Below are positions 1 to 14,009 of a DNA stretch of 64,000 nt, in pieces. The notes below the pieces were generated by a model that had not been told where the DNA came from, ran no database searches, and saw nothing but the letters and a program-made list of their open reading frames with translations. This DNA is from the human T2T-CHM13v2.0 reference genome, Homo sapiens: the NCBI RefSeq assembly GCF_009914755.1, contig NC_060927.1, one strand, 5' to 3'. The position numbers were made by a program, and so were the translations under genes. Every line of letters starts with the position of its first letter. Positions within the stretch are counted from its first letter, which is position 1.

Positions 1-58
1 CTCTCACAAGTGAGAACATATGATATTTGGTTTTCCATTTCTGAGTTACGTCACTTAG

Positions 59-473
<415 letters not shown>

Positions 474-3400
474 TATTTCATTCTTTTTTATGGTTGAGAA
501 GTATTTCATAGCATATGTATACTACATTTTCTTTACTCACTCATTGGTTGATGAGCATTTAGGCTGGTTCCGTATTTTTGCAATTCCAAATTGTGCTGCT
601 ATAAACATGCATATCAAGTGTCTTTTTTAATATAATGACTTCTTTTCCTCTGGGTAAATACCCAGTAGTGGGATTGCCGGATCAAATGGTAGTTTTGCCT
701 TCATTTCTTTAAGGAATCTCCATGCTGTTTCCCATAGTGGCTGTTCTAGTTTAAATTCCCACCAGCAGGGTAAAAGTGTTTCCTTTTCACCACATCCATG
801 CCAGCATCTATTATTTTTTTTATTTTTTGATTATGACCATTCTTGCAGGAGTAAGGTGGTATCTCATTGTGGTTTTAATTTGCATTTCCCTGATCATTAG
901 TGATGTTGAGCATTTTTTCATGTTTGTTGGCCATTTGTGTGTCTTCTTTTGAGAAATGGCTATTCATGTCCTTAGCCCACTTTTTGATGGGATTATTTGT
1001 TTTTTTCTTGATGACTTGTTTGAGTTCCTTGTGGATCCTGGATATTAGTTTTTTCAGATGTATGGCTTGCAAATATTTTCTCCCATTCTGTGGGTTCTCT
1101 GTTTATTCTGCTGATTATTTCTTTTGCTGTGCAGAAGCTTTCTAGTTTACTTAGGATCCGTCTATTTATTTTTGTTTTTGTTGCATTTGCTTTTGCGTTC
1201 TTGGTCATGATCTCTTTGCTTAAGCCAGTGTCTAGAAGAGTTTTTCCAATGTTATCTTCTATAGTTTTTATGGTTTCATGTCTTAGATTTAAGTCTGATC
1301 TATCTTGAGTTGATTTTTATATAAAGAGATAGATGAGGACCCAGTTTTACTCTTCTCCATGTGGCTTGCCAGTTATCCCAGCACCATTTGTTGAATAGGG
1401 TGTCCTTTCCTCACTTTGTTTTTGTTTGCTTTGTTGAAGATTAGTTGGCTGTAAGTATTTGGCTTTATTTTGGGGCTCTATATGATGTTCCATTGGTCTG
1501 TGTGCCTATTTTTTATACCAGTACCATGCTGTTTTGGTACTGGTATAAAATAGTATCAAAAGTGTTTAAAGTTAGGTAATGTGTTCTAGCAAGGCCAGAA
1601 AAGTTTTCTTCAGTTGTTCCCTCAAAAAGTTTTCCAAACTTTTAGATTTCTTTTCTTCATTAGGAATACCAATTATTCTTAGGTTTGGTCTTTTAGCATA
1701 ATCTCAACATTTTTGGAGGCTTTGTTAATTTTTTTATTCTTTTTTCTTTGTGTTTGTCTGATTAGGTTAATTAAAAACCTTTGTCTTCAGGCTCTAAAGT
1801 TCTCTTTTCTTGTTCTAGTCTATTGTTGACATTTTTCAGTGCATTTTGTATTTTTCCAAGTCTTTCATTTCCAGAAGTTGTGATTGTTTTTTCTTTATGA
1901 CATCTATTTCCCTGGAGCATTTTTCATCCATATCCTGTACTGTTTTTTAAAATTTTTTTAAGTTGGTTTTCCTCTTTCTCTGGTATCTCCTTGAATAGCT
2001 TAATAATCAACCTTCTGAATTCTTTTTCTGGCAATTCAGAGATTCCTTCTTGGTTTGGATCCATTGCTTGGGAGCTGGTGTGATCTTTTGGGGTGTTACA
2101 GAATCTTCTTTTGTCATATTACCAGAATTACTTTTCTGGTTCCTTCTCATTTGGGTAGACTATTTCAGTGGAGAGGTCTTAATCTCAAGCCCTGCTGTTC
2201 AGATTCCTTTGTTCCATAGGGTGATCTCTTGATGTGGTGCTTTCCCCCTTCTCCTAGGGGTGGGGTTTCCTGAGACCTTGACTGCAGTGATTGTTATTGC
2301 TCTTCTGGGTCTAGCCACCCAGAGGGGCAACCAGGCTCCAGGCTGGTGCTGGGGGAATGTTTGCAAGGAGGTGTGTGATGTGATTCATCTTTGGGTCTCC
2401 CAGCCATGGATACCAGCATCTGCTCTCACAGAGGTGTCAGGGAAGTGAAGTAGACTTCATGAGAGTCCTTGGTTATAGATATATGTACTATGCTGGCTTT
2501 CTTGAATGCTGGTTATGCTAGCAGTGAAGTTGTCACATGGACACATTCAAAATTTCTGGTTAGCCAAGACGTTGCAGTTAGGGAAATTAGGTATTGTCTT
2601 CTTCCTGGGGTCAGGTTTATTCTGTCATGATTTGCTGTAATGGCCTAAGTTGGTTATCCTCCAGCCAGGAGGTGGTGTTTTCAAGAGAGCATGAGCTCTA
2701 GTAGTAGTAGGGGAATCCAAGTTTGCCCTAAGATGGCCAGGGTAATTATATTGGTATCTCAGGTGATGGGCAATATTGTAAAGCTCCCAAAAGTTTCTAT
2801 GTTTTGTGTTCGGCTACCAGAGCAGGTAGGGAAATACATCAGGCAGGGGCAGAGGAAGGAGAGTCTGGTTTCAGACTCTCCTTGGACGGGGCTTCCTGCG
2901 GCCACTATGGGGTGTGAGGGGGTGGTTCTCAGGCCAATGGGGTTATGTTCCAGAGGGGATCATGGCTGCTTCTGCTATCTCATATGGTTTGCCAGGGAGG
3001 TGGGGCAAGAGGCTGGTAGCTGGTAGCAAGAGGCTTCACCCAGCTCCTACACAGTTGGTGAGGCCGGTCTCACTCCCACAGTGCCCCACTCAGACCTTGT
3101 CCCGGGTTGTGAGCTGCCCCACTGAGAAAGCAAGCATGGCTTTTGGACCTTGCCTATCCCTGTCTTCTCACTCTGTTGGCAGCTCCTGCACTCCTGCACT
3201 TGTGTCTGCAGCAGCTCCCGCTTCTCCCCAAGACTCTGCTCAAGAAAATTTGTCCACTACCAATTTCAGTTGGGAGATTTTTCACCCTGCAACCCCTCCT
3301 CAATTCTGCTGGCTGCCTTCTTGAGGCCCCCTGTGAGATATAGTCAGAGATGGCTTCCTGGGGCTTGAGCTGGAGACTGGGAGTGTCTTCAAAGCATTTC

Positions 3401-4329
3401 CTGCTGCTACTTCTACTATTATATTTTGTGCAACTCCCTAAATTCATTTTACTTCTAGGTAAGGTTAAATCCTTCTTTCATGATTTGGATTTTCAGATTC
3501 CCCAGTGGGGATGTGTGTTTGGAGGCAGATTTCCCCCTCTTACACTTTGGGAACTCACAGTTTTTGGCCTGTTTCACAGAATTTGCAGTGGTGTGCCACT
3601 TCTTTCAAATGATTTGTGAATTCTTTCAGTTTTTCTGGTACATTCCTGTGGTGGTTCTTGGAGCAAACAATCACAGTGTGCGTCTCTACATGCTGCTCTG
3701 TTCATACATGTGGGAGCTGCACATTAGCCCTGCCTTCTATCCACCTTCTTCCCCGCTCCCTGCCTGATTTTAGAGCCCAGCCTGTAGCCTTGCCCAATTG
3801 TGGAACACAGCCAGAGTCCTAGTCCAGTTGCATAGCCCAGCCTGCAGCCCCATTTGAATGCACAGTAGAACCAGAAACACCACCCACTGGAAAAGCACAA
3901 CCTGGGGTCTCACCTGGCCAGGGGCAATTATACAGCCCAGCCAAAAGCCCTGCCTGACCACGATCCCAACAAGCAGCCCCTTCCAGAGCCCAACCAGCGG
4001 AGCTACCCAGCCACAGATCACAATCAGCAGCCTTGGCCAGCTTCAGATCATGGGCAGCAGCCCTGCCCTATTAGATACTTTGTCAGCAAGCCTCACATGC
4101 CCACAGAAACAACTAGATGGTCCATCCACCTGATGGCCCCTGGACTAACTAGTGAAGGTCCTTCCCTGCCCAAGTGAACATGTAAAAGCCTTGAAGAGAT
4201 AATTAACTCCCCGATATGCAGACATTGATGTAAGGATATGAGGTTCATAAAGAATCAAGGAAACGCGGCAAGCAGCAAAGGAAATGAACAAAGCACCAAA
4301 AAACACTAAAGAAATAAATATCAATGAGA

Positions 4330-4635
4330 TGCGGTGGCTCATGCTTAATCTCAGCACTTTGGGAGGCCAATCTCAGCACTTTGGGAGGATTCTTTGAGCC
4401 CAGGAGTTTGAGACCAGCCTGGACAACATAAGACCTTATAGATTTTTTAAAGAAATTATCCAGGCATGGTGGTGTATGCCTATAGTCCCAGCTACTTGGG
4501 AGGCTGAAGTGGGAGTATTGCTTGGGCTTGCGAGGTCAAGGAGGCAGTGAGCCAAGACCATGCTACTGCACTCCAGCCTGAGTGACAGGGTGAGGCCCTG
4601 TCTCAGAAACAAAAGACAAGAAAAGATAACACAGG
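4330..4635 (+). mobile_element. Alu (AluJ-type) with an internal 20-bp duplication
   Basis: gcggtggctcatgc..ttgagcccaggagtttgagaccagcctgg (J-like diagnostic) and a right monomer ending ccctgtctcag plus A-rich tail. Confidence 0.9.
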
Positions 4636-4644
4636 AGGGAGGGA

Positions 4645-4692
4645 GGAAGGAAGGAAGGAAGGAAGGAAGGAAGGAAGGAAGGAAGGAAGGAA
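4645..4692 (+). repeat. (GGAA)n microsatellite in the Alu tail
   Basis: About 12 consecutive GGAA units. Confidence 0.95.
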
Positions 4693-7566
4693 AAATGAGT
4701 ATCTATGAACCGATTGACAAAGAATTAAAAATAATCTCAAGGAAGTTTAGTGAATGACAAAAAAAGACAGCTAAAGGAAATTAAGAAAACAATACATGAA
4801 CAAAATGAAAAGTTCAAAGAGAAATCATTTTTTAAAATTCTAGAGCTGAAGAATTCAGTGACTGAACAAATAATTCAATAGAGAGCTTCAACATAATTCT
4901 CAATCAAGCAGAGGAAAGAATCCCTGAACTCTAAGACAGGTCAATTGAATTATCCAGCCAGAGGAGCAAAAAGAAAAAGAATGAAAGAGTGAAGGAAGCC
5001 CACAGGAAGTTCTAATACTATAATGGTGGTGTATAAATCATTTTCAACTCTGATATAAGAGTTAAAAAACAAACTTATTAAGCATAACCATAATTACAAT
5101 AATTTGTTACTGGATACAGAATATGACAAAAGGTATAAATTGTAACATCAATAACCTAAAATGTGAAGGAGCAAGAGCAAAATTATAGTTATTATATATG
5201 ATCAAAATTAAATTGTTATAAGCTTAAAATAGGATATTATAGCTATAAGGTATTTTAAGTAAGCCTCATGGAAACCAAGAAGGAAAAACCTGTAGAAGAT
5301 ACACAGAAAATTAAGAGAAAGGTATGAAAGTATACCATGACAAAAAGTCATCAAATTGCAAAGGCATGCAGCAAAAGAGAAAGAGAGAAACAAAGGAACT
5401 ACAAAGCAGCCAGAAAACAATGAACAAAATAGCAATAGTAAGTCCTTACCTATGAATAATTATTTTAAACATAAATGGATTTCATTCTCCAATCAAAAGA
5501 CATAGAGTGAGTGAATGGGTTTTTAAAAGACAAGGTCTAGTGATTTGCTGCCTTCAGGAGACTCACTTTAGCTTTAGGGACACACATAGACTGAAAGTGA
5601 AAGGATGGAAAAATATATTCTGTGAAAATGATAACCAAAAGAAATCAGGAATGGCTATACTTATGTTAGACAAAATACACTTTCAATAAAGCAAAATGGC
5701 CCCAAGAGACAATGAACGTCAGTATATAATGATAAAGGGGCCAATTCATCAAAAAGATATTATAATTTAGGCACCCAACATTGGAGAACCTAACTATATA
5801 AAGAAAATAGTAACAGAGTTGAAAGGAAAAATAAATAGCAATGCAGTAACAGTAAAAGATTTTAATATCCCACTTTCAACAACAGATAGATCATCCAGAC
5901 AGAAAATCAATAAAAAATTAGCAGATTTTAATAACACTATAGACCAAATGGAGTTAACAGACATATATAGAACTTTCCATCCAATAGAAGCAAAATAGAC
6001 ATTCTTTCCAAGGGCACACAAAACATTCTCCAGGATAGATTATATGTTAGGCCACAAAAAAAGTTGTAACAAATTCAAGAAGTTTGGAATCATTTCAAAT
6101 GTATTTTCTGACCACAATGGTATGAAACTAAAAATTAATAACAGGAGGAAAATTGGAAAATTTACAAACACAAGAGAATTAAAACACTCCTGAACAACCA
6201 ATGGGTCAAATAATAAATCAAAAGGGAAATTTTTAAATACCTTGAGAGAAACAAAAATGGAAACACCATAAACCAAAACTTAAGAGGAGGCAGTAAAAGC
6301 AGTTCTGAGAGGGAAGTTGTTAGCAATAAATGTCTACCTTAAGAAAAAGAAAGATTTCAAATAAACAGCCTTACTTTACACCTCAAGGAACTACAGAAAG
6401 AATAATAAGCTATGTTCAACATCAACAGAAAGAAAGGAAGCAATAAATATTAAAGCAGAAATATAGAAAATAAAGACTAGAAAAACAATAGAAAAGACCA
6501 ATGAAACTGAGTTGGTTTTTTGAAAAAAAAAAAATAGACAAACCCTTGGCTAGACTAACGAAAGATGGAGAGGACTTGAGTAAATAAAACTCTAAATGAA
6601 ACAGGATACAACTGATACAGTGGAATTACAAAGGATCATAAGAAAGCACTGTAAACAATTATAAACCAACAAATTGGATACCCTAGAAGAACGAGTAAAT
6701 TCTTAGGAACATACAACCGGCCATGACTGAATTATGAAAAATGACAAAATCTGAACAGACCAATAATGAATAAGGAGATTGATTTAGTAATCAAAAACCT
6801 GCCAACAAAGAAAAGCCCCAGACTAGATGACTTTAAAGGTGAATTCTGCCAAGCATTTAAAGAACTGTTGCCAGTCCTTCTCAAACTCTTCTGAAAAACT
6901 GAAGATGAGGGAGCACTTTCAAATTCATTTTATGAGGCTAATATTACATGGACACTAGAGCAAGATGGGGACATGACAAGAAAATCACAGAAGAATAACT
7001 CTGATGAACATAGATGTAAAAATTCTTAACAAAATATTAGCCAACTTAACAGCAATTAGAAGTATCATACACTATGGTTAAGCATGTCAAGGGATCTTAT
7101 CCCTGATATGCAAGGATGGTTCAACATATACAAATCAGTAAAGGTTATGCAAACACATTAACAGAATGAAGAATCATAAGATTATAAAATGCAGAAAAAG
7201 CATTTGACAAAATTCAACATCCTTCTGAGATTAGAAAACTCAACAAATTGTTTATAGAAGAAAATGTACCCCAAAATAATAGAAGCCATATATAACAAGC
7301 CCACAGCTAACATCATACTCAGCAGTGAAAAGCCGAAAGCTTTTTCTCTAAGCTCAGAAACAAGACAAGGGTGCCCACTCTCACTACTTCTATTCAACAT
7401 AGTACTAAAAGTTCTATATGTAGGCAAGAAAAGGAAATACAAGGCATACAAATGCAAAAAGAAGTATAATTATTTCTGTTTGCAGATGACATGATCTTAT
7501 GTATAGAAAACTCTAAAGACTCCACACACACATACACAAAACTGTTAGAACTAATAAATAAATTCA

Positions 7567-10500
7567 ACTATACACTGGAACTCATTCCTGGTCCTGAATG
7601 ACTCCTGGGGAAGGTGTGAGTTGAGCAGGTGAGGAGCAACCTGCTCTTGCCACAGACCTCTGGAATCCTGGCAGCAGAAGACCCCAAAACCCCCATGAAC
7701 ACTTGAGCTTGCAGGGAGAGCTGCTTAGAGAGGTGGTAGGAGGATAACTCCAGCTTGTACAGAGCCCAGAGGGTTTGATATGGCAGCATCTCTAGTGGAG
7801 CATGATCATGAATGCCCATTGCCCAAGGCTTGTCTTGCTCCCTTAGGAGACTTTAGCCTTTGGGGAACTGTCAGACCTGAACAGATCAGGGTGATCTTGT
7901 TCATGAGATGGGGCTAGTTCAACCTGAGGACCTCCCTGTCTTCTGGCCTCTCACGGGGGCCCAGCCTGGCTGCACCTTCTTGTGGTGCATCCTTAGATGC
8001 CCAGCTAGGGTGTCTCCCAGAAGCCCACACTGTAGCTCCTGTGCTAGAAGACCATGCCTGACCATTGAAGAGCTCCAGCAAAGTGGCCCTTTCTGAATTG
8101 CACTAGCCCACCTACTCCCTGCCCCAACTACAGCCTCCTCCATGCTGCATTGCTAGTATACACTTGCCCACGGCCACTCCCCACATCAATTCACTAGTGT
8201 ATGCACACATGGGTTGACCTTGCCTTCCTTTCCCATTGGCATGTGTAGGCATGTATACCCCACTAGTGTGAACATGTGCACAGAAGGCACCAGCCCCATA
8301 CCTGCCAGCACCCCATTCCTGCACTGATTCTGCCACTGGAGTGAACATGCACACAGATGCTAGCACCCCTGCTTCTGCCAATGCCCTGTCTCAGCCAACA
8401 AGCATGCGTTCTGCTGCACTGCTGCTGCTGGCACATGTGAATGAGCACAGGTCCCACTGCAACCCACTAGTGGAGCGCTTTGGCTGGCACCACCCATAAG
8501 GGTGTTGTGACCAGTGGTCCAGGAACATGTTGGCGTCTTCAGTGCAGCAGGTTCCTAACTTCAACAGGCTAGGGAGCAAAGCCATGGCTTGATGCTAGCC
8601 CCCCAGAGTTAGAGCATGCAGCTCACGAGTCCTCAGCTGACCCTTGGTCCCCTAAATCTTCCAGAAATGAAGCTAGTCAACCAGGCTTACCTTATACCAT
8701 AATCAAACCCCCAAGGACATCAAAGAGGATAAAAGAAATAAAAACCCATCTAAAGGACAGCAAATTCAAAGATTAAAGGACCATCAGCCCACAAAGATGT
8801 GAAAGAACCAGCAAAAGAACTCTGGCAAATCAAAAAACCAGAGTGTTTTCTTACCTCCCAACAACCACACTAGTTCTGCAACAGTGGTTCTTAACCAGAC
8901 TGAAATGGCTGAAATGACAGAAATAGAATTCAGAACATGGATAGAAATGAAGATATCAAGATTCAGGAGAAAGTTGAAACCCAATCCAAGGATGCTATTG
9001 AATTCAATAAAATGATACAGGAGATGAAATATGAAATGGCCATTTTAAGAAAAAACCAAACTGATCTGATAGAGCTGAAAAACCCACTTTAAGAATTTCA
9101 GAATACAATCAAAAGTATTAAGAGCAGAATCAACCAAGCTGAAGAAAGAATCTCAGAGCTCAAGGACTAGCTCTCTGAAATAATTCAGAGAAAAGTAAAG
9201 GAAAAAACAATAAAGAAAAATGAACAAAACCTTCAAGAAATATGGAATTATGTAAAGAGATCAAATCTACAACTCATTGATGTCCCTGAAAAAGAGAGAG
9301 AAAGCAAGCAACTTGGAAAACATATTTCAGGACATCATCCATGAAAAGTTCCTTAACCTTGCCAGAGAGGCCAACATTCAAATTAATGAAATGCAGAGAA
9401 TCATTGTGAAATACCACACAAGAAGGCCATCCCCAAGACATGTAGTTATCAGATTCTCCAAGGTTGGAATGAAAGAAAAAATATTAAAGCCAGAGAGAGA
9501 GAAGGGGTGGGTCACCTACAAAGGGAACCCCATCAGGCTAACAGTGGACATTTCAGCAGAAACTCTTAAGCCAGAAGAGATTGGAAGCATATATTTAGCA
9601 TTCTTAAAAGAAATTCCAAACAAGAATTTCATTTCCAGCTAAACTTAGCTTCATAAGCAAAGGAGAAATAAGATCCTTTTTAGACAAGAAAATGTTAAGA
9701 GAATTTATTACCATCAGCCCTGGATTATAAGAGGTCCTGAAGGGAGTGCTAAATATGGAAAGGAAAGACTGTTACCAGCCACTACGAAAACATGCTTAAA
9801 TGCATAGACCAGTCACACTATAAGCAACCATACAAACAAGTGTGCATACTAACCAGCTAACAACAGGATGACATAATCAAATATACAAAAAGCAGGGATT
9901 GCTATTCTAATTTCAGACAAAAAATACTATAAGCCACTAAAGACAAAAAAGTCAAAGAAGGCATTTTGTAATGATAAAGGGCTCCATTCAACAAGAAGAC
10001 CTAACTATCCTAAATATATACACATCCAACACAGGAGCACCCAGATTCATAAAGCAAGTTCTTAGAGACCTACAAAGAGACTTAATCATACAATAGTACT
10101 GGGAGACTTCAACACCCCACTGACTGTGTTAGGTCATCAAGGCAGAAAACTAATAAAGATATTTGGGACTTGAACTTGACACTTGACCAAATGGACCTGA
10201 TAGACTTCTACAGAACTCTCCACTCCAAAACAACAGAATATCCATCCATTCTTTTCACCTGCACATGGTATGTACTCTAAAATCAACCACACAATTGGGC
10301 ATAAAACAATCTTCAGTGCCTTAAAAGAAAACAACCAAAATTATACCAATCATATTCTTGGACCACAGTGCAATAAAAAATAGAAGTCAATGCCAAGAAT
10401 ATTGCTCAAAACCATGCTAACTACATTAATTACATGAAAATTAACCCTCCCCTTGAATGAATGACTTTTGGGTAAATAATGAAATTAATGCAGAAATCAA

Positions 10501-13500
10501 GAAATTCTTTGAAACAAATGAGAAAAAAGTTACAACATACTACAATCATAGGGACACAGCTAAAGCTGTGTTAAGAGGGAAGTTTATGGCACTAAACACT
10601 CACATCAAAAAGCTAGAAGTATCTCAAATTAACAAGCTTACCATACCTAGAGAAACAAGAGAAACAAGAAAACCAACTCCAAAGCTAGTAGAAGACAAGA
10701 CGTTAACAAAATGAGAGCTGAACTAAAGGAATTTGAGATATGAAAAACTATGCAAAAGATCAACAGATCCAGGAGTAGTTCTTTGAAAGAATTAATAAAA
10801 CAGGCCACCACCTAGACTGATAAAGAAAAAAAGAGAGGATCCAAATAAACACAATAAGAAATGACAAAGGGGACATTACCACCAACACCACAGAAATACA
10901 AAAAACAAAAACAAAACCTCTCAGAGGCTACTATGAACACTTACTTCTATGTATACTATTTAGAAAATCTAGAAGAAATGGATAAATTTCTGCAAATGTA
11001 CAACCTCCCAAGATTGAACCAGGAAGAAATTGAATCCCTGAACAGATCAATATGAGTTCTTAAATTGAATCAGTAATATAAAGCTTACCATCCAGAAAAA
11101 GCTCAGGACCAGATGGATTCACAGATGAATTCGACCTGATGTAAAACGAACAACTGGTACTATTCCAAAAAATTGAGGCAAGACCCCCTCCTTAACTCAT
11201 TCTATAAGGCCAGTATCATCTTGACACCAAAACCCAGCAGGGACACAACAACAACAACAACAAACTGTAGGCCAACGTTCTTGATGATCATAGATGCAAA
11301 AACCCTCAAAAAAATACTAGCAAACCAAATCCAGCAGCACATCAAAAAGCTAATCCATGATTATCACATAGGCTGTATCTCTGGGACGCAAGGTTGTCTC
11401 AACATATACAAATTAATAAATGTGATTTATCACATAAACAGAACTAAAAACAAAAATCATATGATGATCTCAATATATGCAGAAAATGCTTTCAATAAAA
11501 TTCAACATCCCTTCATGCTAAAAAATCTCAATAAACTAGGCATTGAGGGAACATACTTCAAAATAGTAAGAGCCATCTGTGACAAACACACAGCCAATAT
11601 CATACTTAATGGGCAAAGCCTGGAAGCATTCCCCTTTGAAAACCAGTACAAAACAAGGATGCCCTTTCTCATCACTCCTATTCAACATACTGTTGGAAGT
11701 CCTAGTCAGAGAAATTGGACAAGAGGAAAAAAAATACATCAAATAGGAAGAGAGGAAGTCAAACTACCCCTGTTTGCAGACAATATGATTCTATACTTAG
11801 AAAACCCAATAGTCTCTGCCCAAAAGCTCCTTAATCTGATTAATAACTTTACAATAAAGTTTCAGGATACAAAAATAAGTGTACAAAAGTCACTAGCATT
11901 CCTATACACCAACAACATCCAAGCTGAGAGACAAATCAGTAATCCAGTTCCATTAACAATAGCCACAAAAAGAATAAAATACCTAGGACTACAGCTAACC
12001 AGGGAAGTGAAAGATCTCTACAATGAGAATTTAAAAACACTGCTAAAAGAAATCTGTCATGACACAAACAAATGGAAAACATTCCATGCTTATGGATAGG
12101 AAGAATCAAAACAGTTAAAGTGGCCATACTGCCCAAAGCAATTTACAGATTTAATGCTATTCCTATCAAACTACCAATGACATTCTTCACAGAATTAGAA
12201 AAAGCTATTTTAAAATTCATATGGAACAAACGAAAAAAAGCCTAAATAGCCAAGGCAATCCTAAGCAAAAAGAACAAACCCAGAGACATCATATTACCCA
12301 ATTTCAAACTATACTCCAAAGATACAGTAACCAAAACAGTACAGTGCTGGTACAAAAACAGATACATAGACCAATGGAATAGAATAAAGGGCCCAGAAAT
12401 AATGTCACACATTTACAACCATCTGATCTTTGACAAAATTAACAAAAGCAAGCCATGGAGAAAGAACTCCCTATTCAATAAATAGTGTTGGGATAACTGG
12501 CTAGCAATATGCAGAATATTGAAGGTGGACCCCTTCCTTACACTATATGCAAAAATCAGCTCAAGGTGGATTACAGACTTAAATGTAAAACTGAAAACTA
12601 TAAAAACCTTAGACGATAACCTAGGAAATACCATTCCACATGTATAACCTGGCAAAGATTTTATGACAAAGATACTAAAAGCACTTGCAACAGAAACAAA
12701 AATTGACAAATGGGACCTAATTATACTAAAGAGCTTCTGCCCAACAGAAACTATTAACAGAGTAAACAGAGTAACAGAGTAAACAGAGTAAACAGACAAC
12801 CCACAGAATGGAAAAAAAATTTTCAAACTATGCATCTGGTAATGGTCTAAAATCCAGCATCTATAAGGAACTTAAACAAATTAACAAGCAAAAAATAAAC
12901 AATCCCATAAAAGGTAGGCGAAGGATATTAACAGACACTTTTCAAAACAAGACATACCCATGGTCAACAAGCATATGAAAAAATGCTCTGCATGACTGAT
13001 CATTAGAGAAATGCACATCAAAACTGCAATGAGATACCATCTCACACCAGTCAGAATGGCTATTAAAAATGTCAAAAAATAATAAATGCTGGTCAGGTTG
13101 CAGAGCAAGGGGAACACTTATACTCTGATGGTGGGAATGTAAATAAATTCATCTGTTTACTGGAAAGCAGTGTGGTGATTTATCAGAGAACTTAGAAATA
13201 CCATTTGACTCAGCAATCCCATTATTGGGTATATACCCAATGGAATATAAATCACTCTACTATAAAGACACGTACAGGCATATGTTCATTGCAGTACTGT
13301 CCATAATAGCAAAGTCATGGACTCAACCTAAATGCCCATCAATGGTAGTAGACCAGATAAAGAAAATGTGGTAAATATACACCATGGAATACTATGCAGG
13401 CATAAAAAAGAATGAGATTACGTCCTTTGTAGCAACATCAGTGTAGTTAGAGGCCACTATCCTAAGCAAACTAACACATTAATAAAAAACCAAACACCAC

Positions 13501-13756
13501 ATGTTCCCACTTATCAGTGGGAGCTACACATTGAGTACATATGGACACAAAGATGGGAATAACAGACACTGGGGCCTACTTGAGGGTAGGGAGGGTGGAA
13601 TTGAGGTTAAGGATTTAAAAAAAAAATCTAGCTATCAAGTACTATGCTGATTACCTGGGTGGTGAAATAATCTATACACCAAACGCCCATGACACATAAT
13701 TTACCTGTATAACAAACCTACATATATACCCCTGAACCTAAAATAAAAGTTAAAAA
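7567..13756 (+). mobile_element. Near full-length L1PA15/16-type LINE-1 nested inside ORF2 of the older L1
   Basis: 5'UTR ~7570-8790; ORF1 remnant (NLENIFQDIIHE..YKGNPIRLT, ORF 9277); ORF2 remnants (ORF 11173: [26 protein letters not shown]); 3'UTR ending cccctgaacctaaaataaaagttaaaaaaa. Degenerate TSD aataaataaattca (7553-7566) / aataagtgaattca (13757-13770). Confidence 0.85.
12756..12795 (+). repeat. Tandem expansion of (A)AACAGAGT within L1 ORF2
   Basis: aacagagta aacagagt aacagagta aacagagta aacag. Confidence 0.85.
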
Positions 13757-13886
13757 AATAAGTGAATTCAGCAAACCTGCAGGATACAAAGTTGACATAC
13801 AAAAATCAGTTACATTTCTATATCATAACAAAACTACCTGAAAAAGAATACAAGGCCATTTACAATCACATCAAAAATAATAAAAA

Positions 13887-14009
<123 letters not shown>

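Noticed and set aside
11173-12099. 308-aa ORF
   Set aside because: Decayed L1 ORF2 segment with a non-ATG start, an internal frame excursion and FADN in place of FADD; not a host gene.
12756-12795. Short regular repeats (also 61937-61968) as CRISPR-like arrays
   Set aside because: Simple slippage duplications without spacers, in eukaryotic retroelement sequence.
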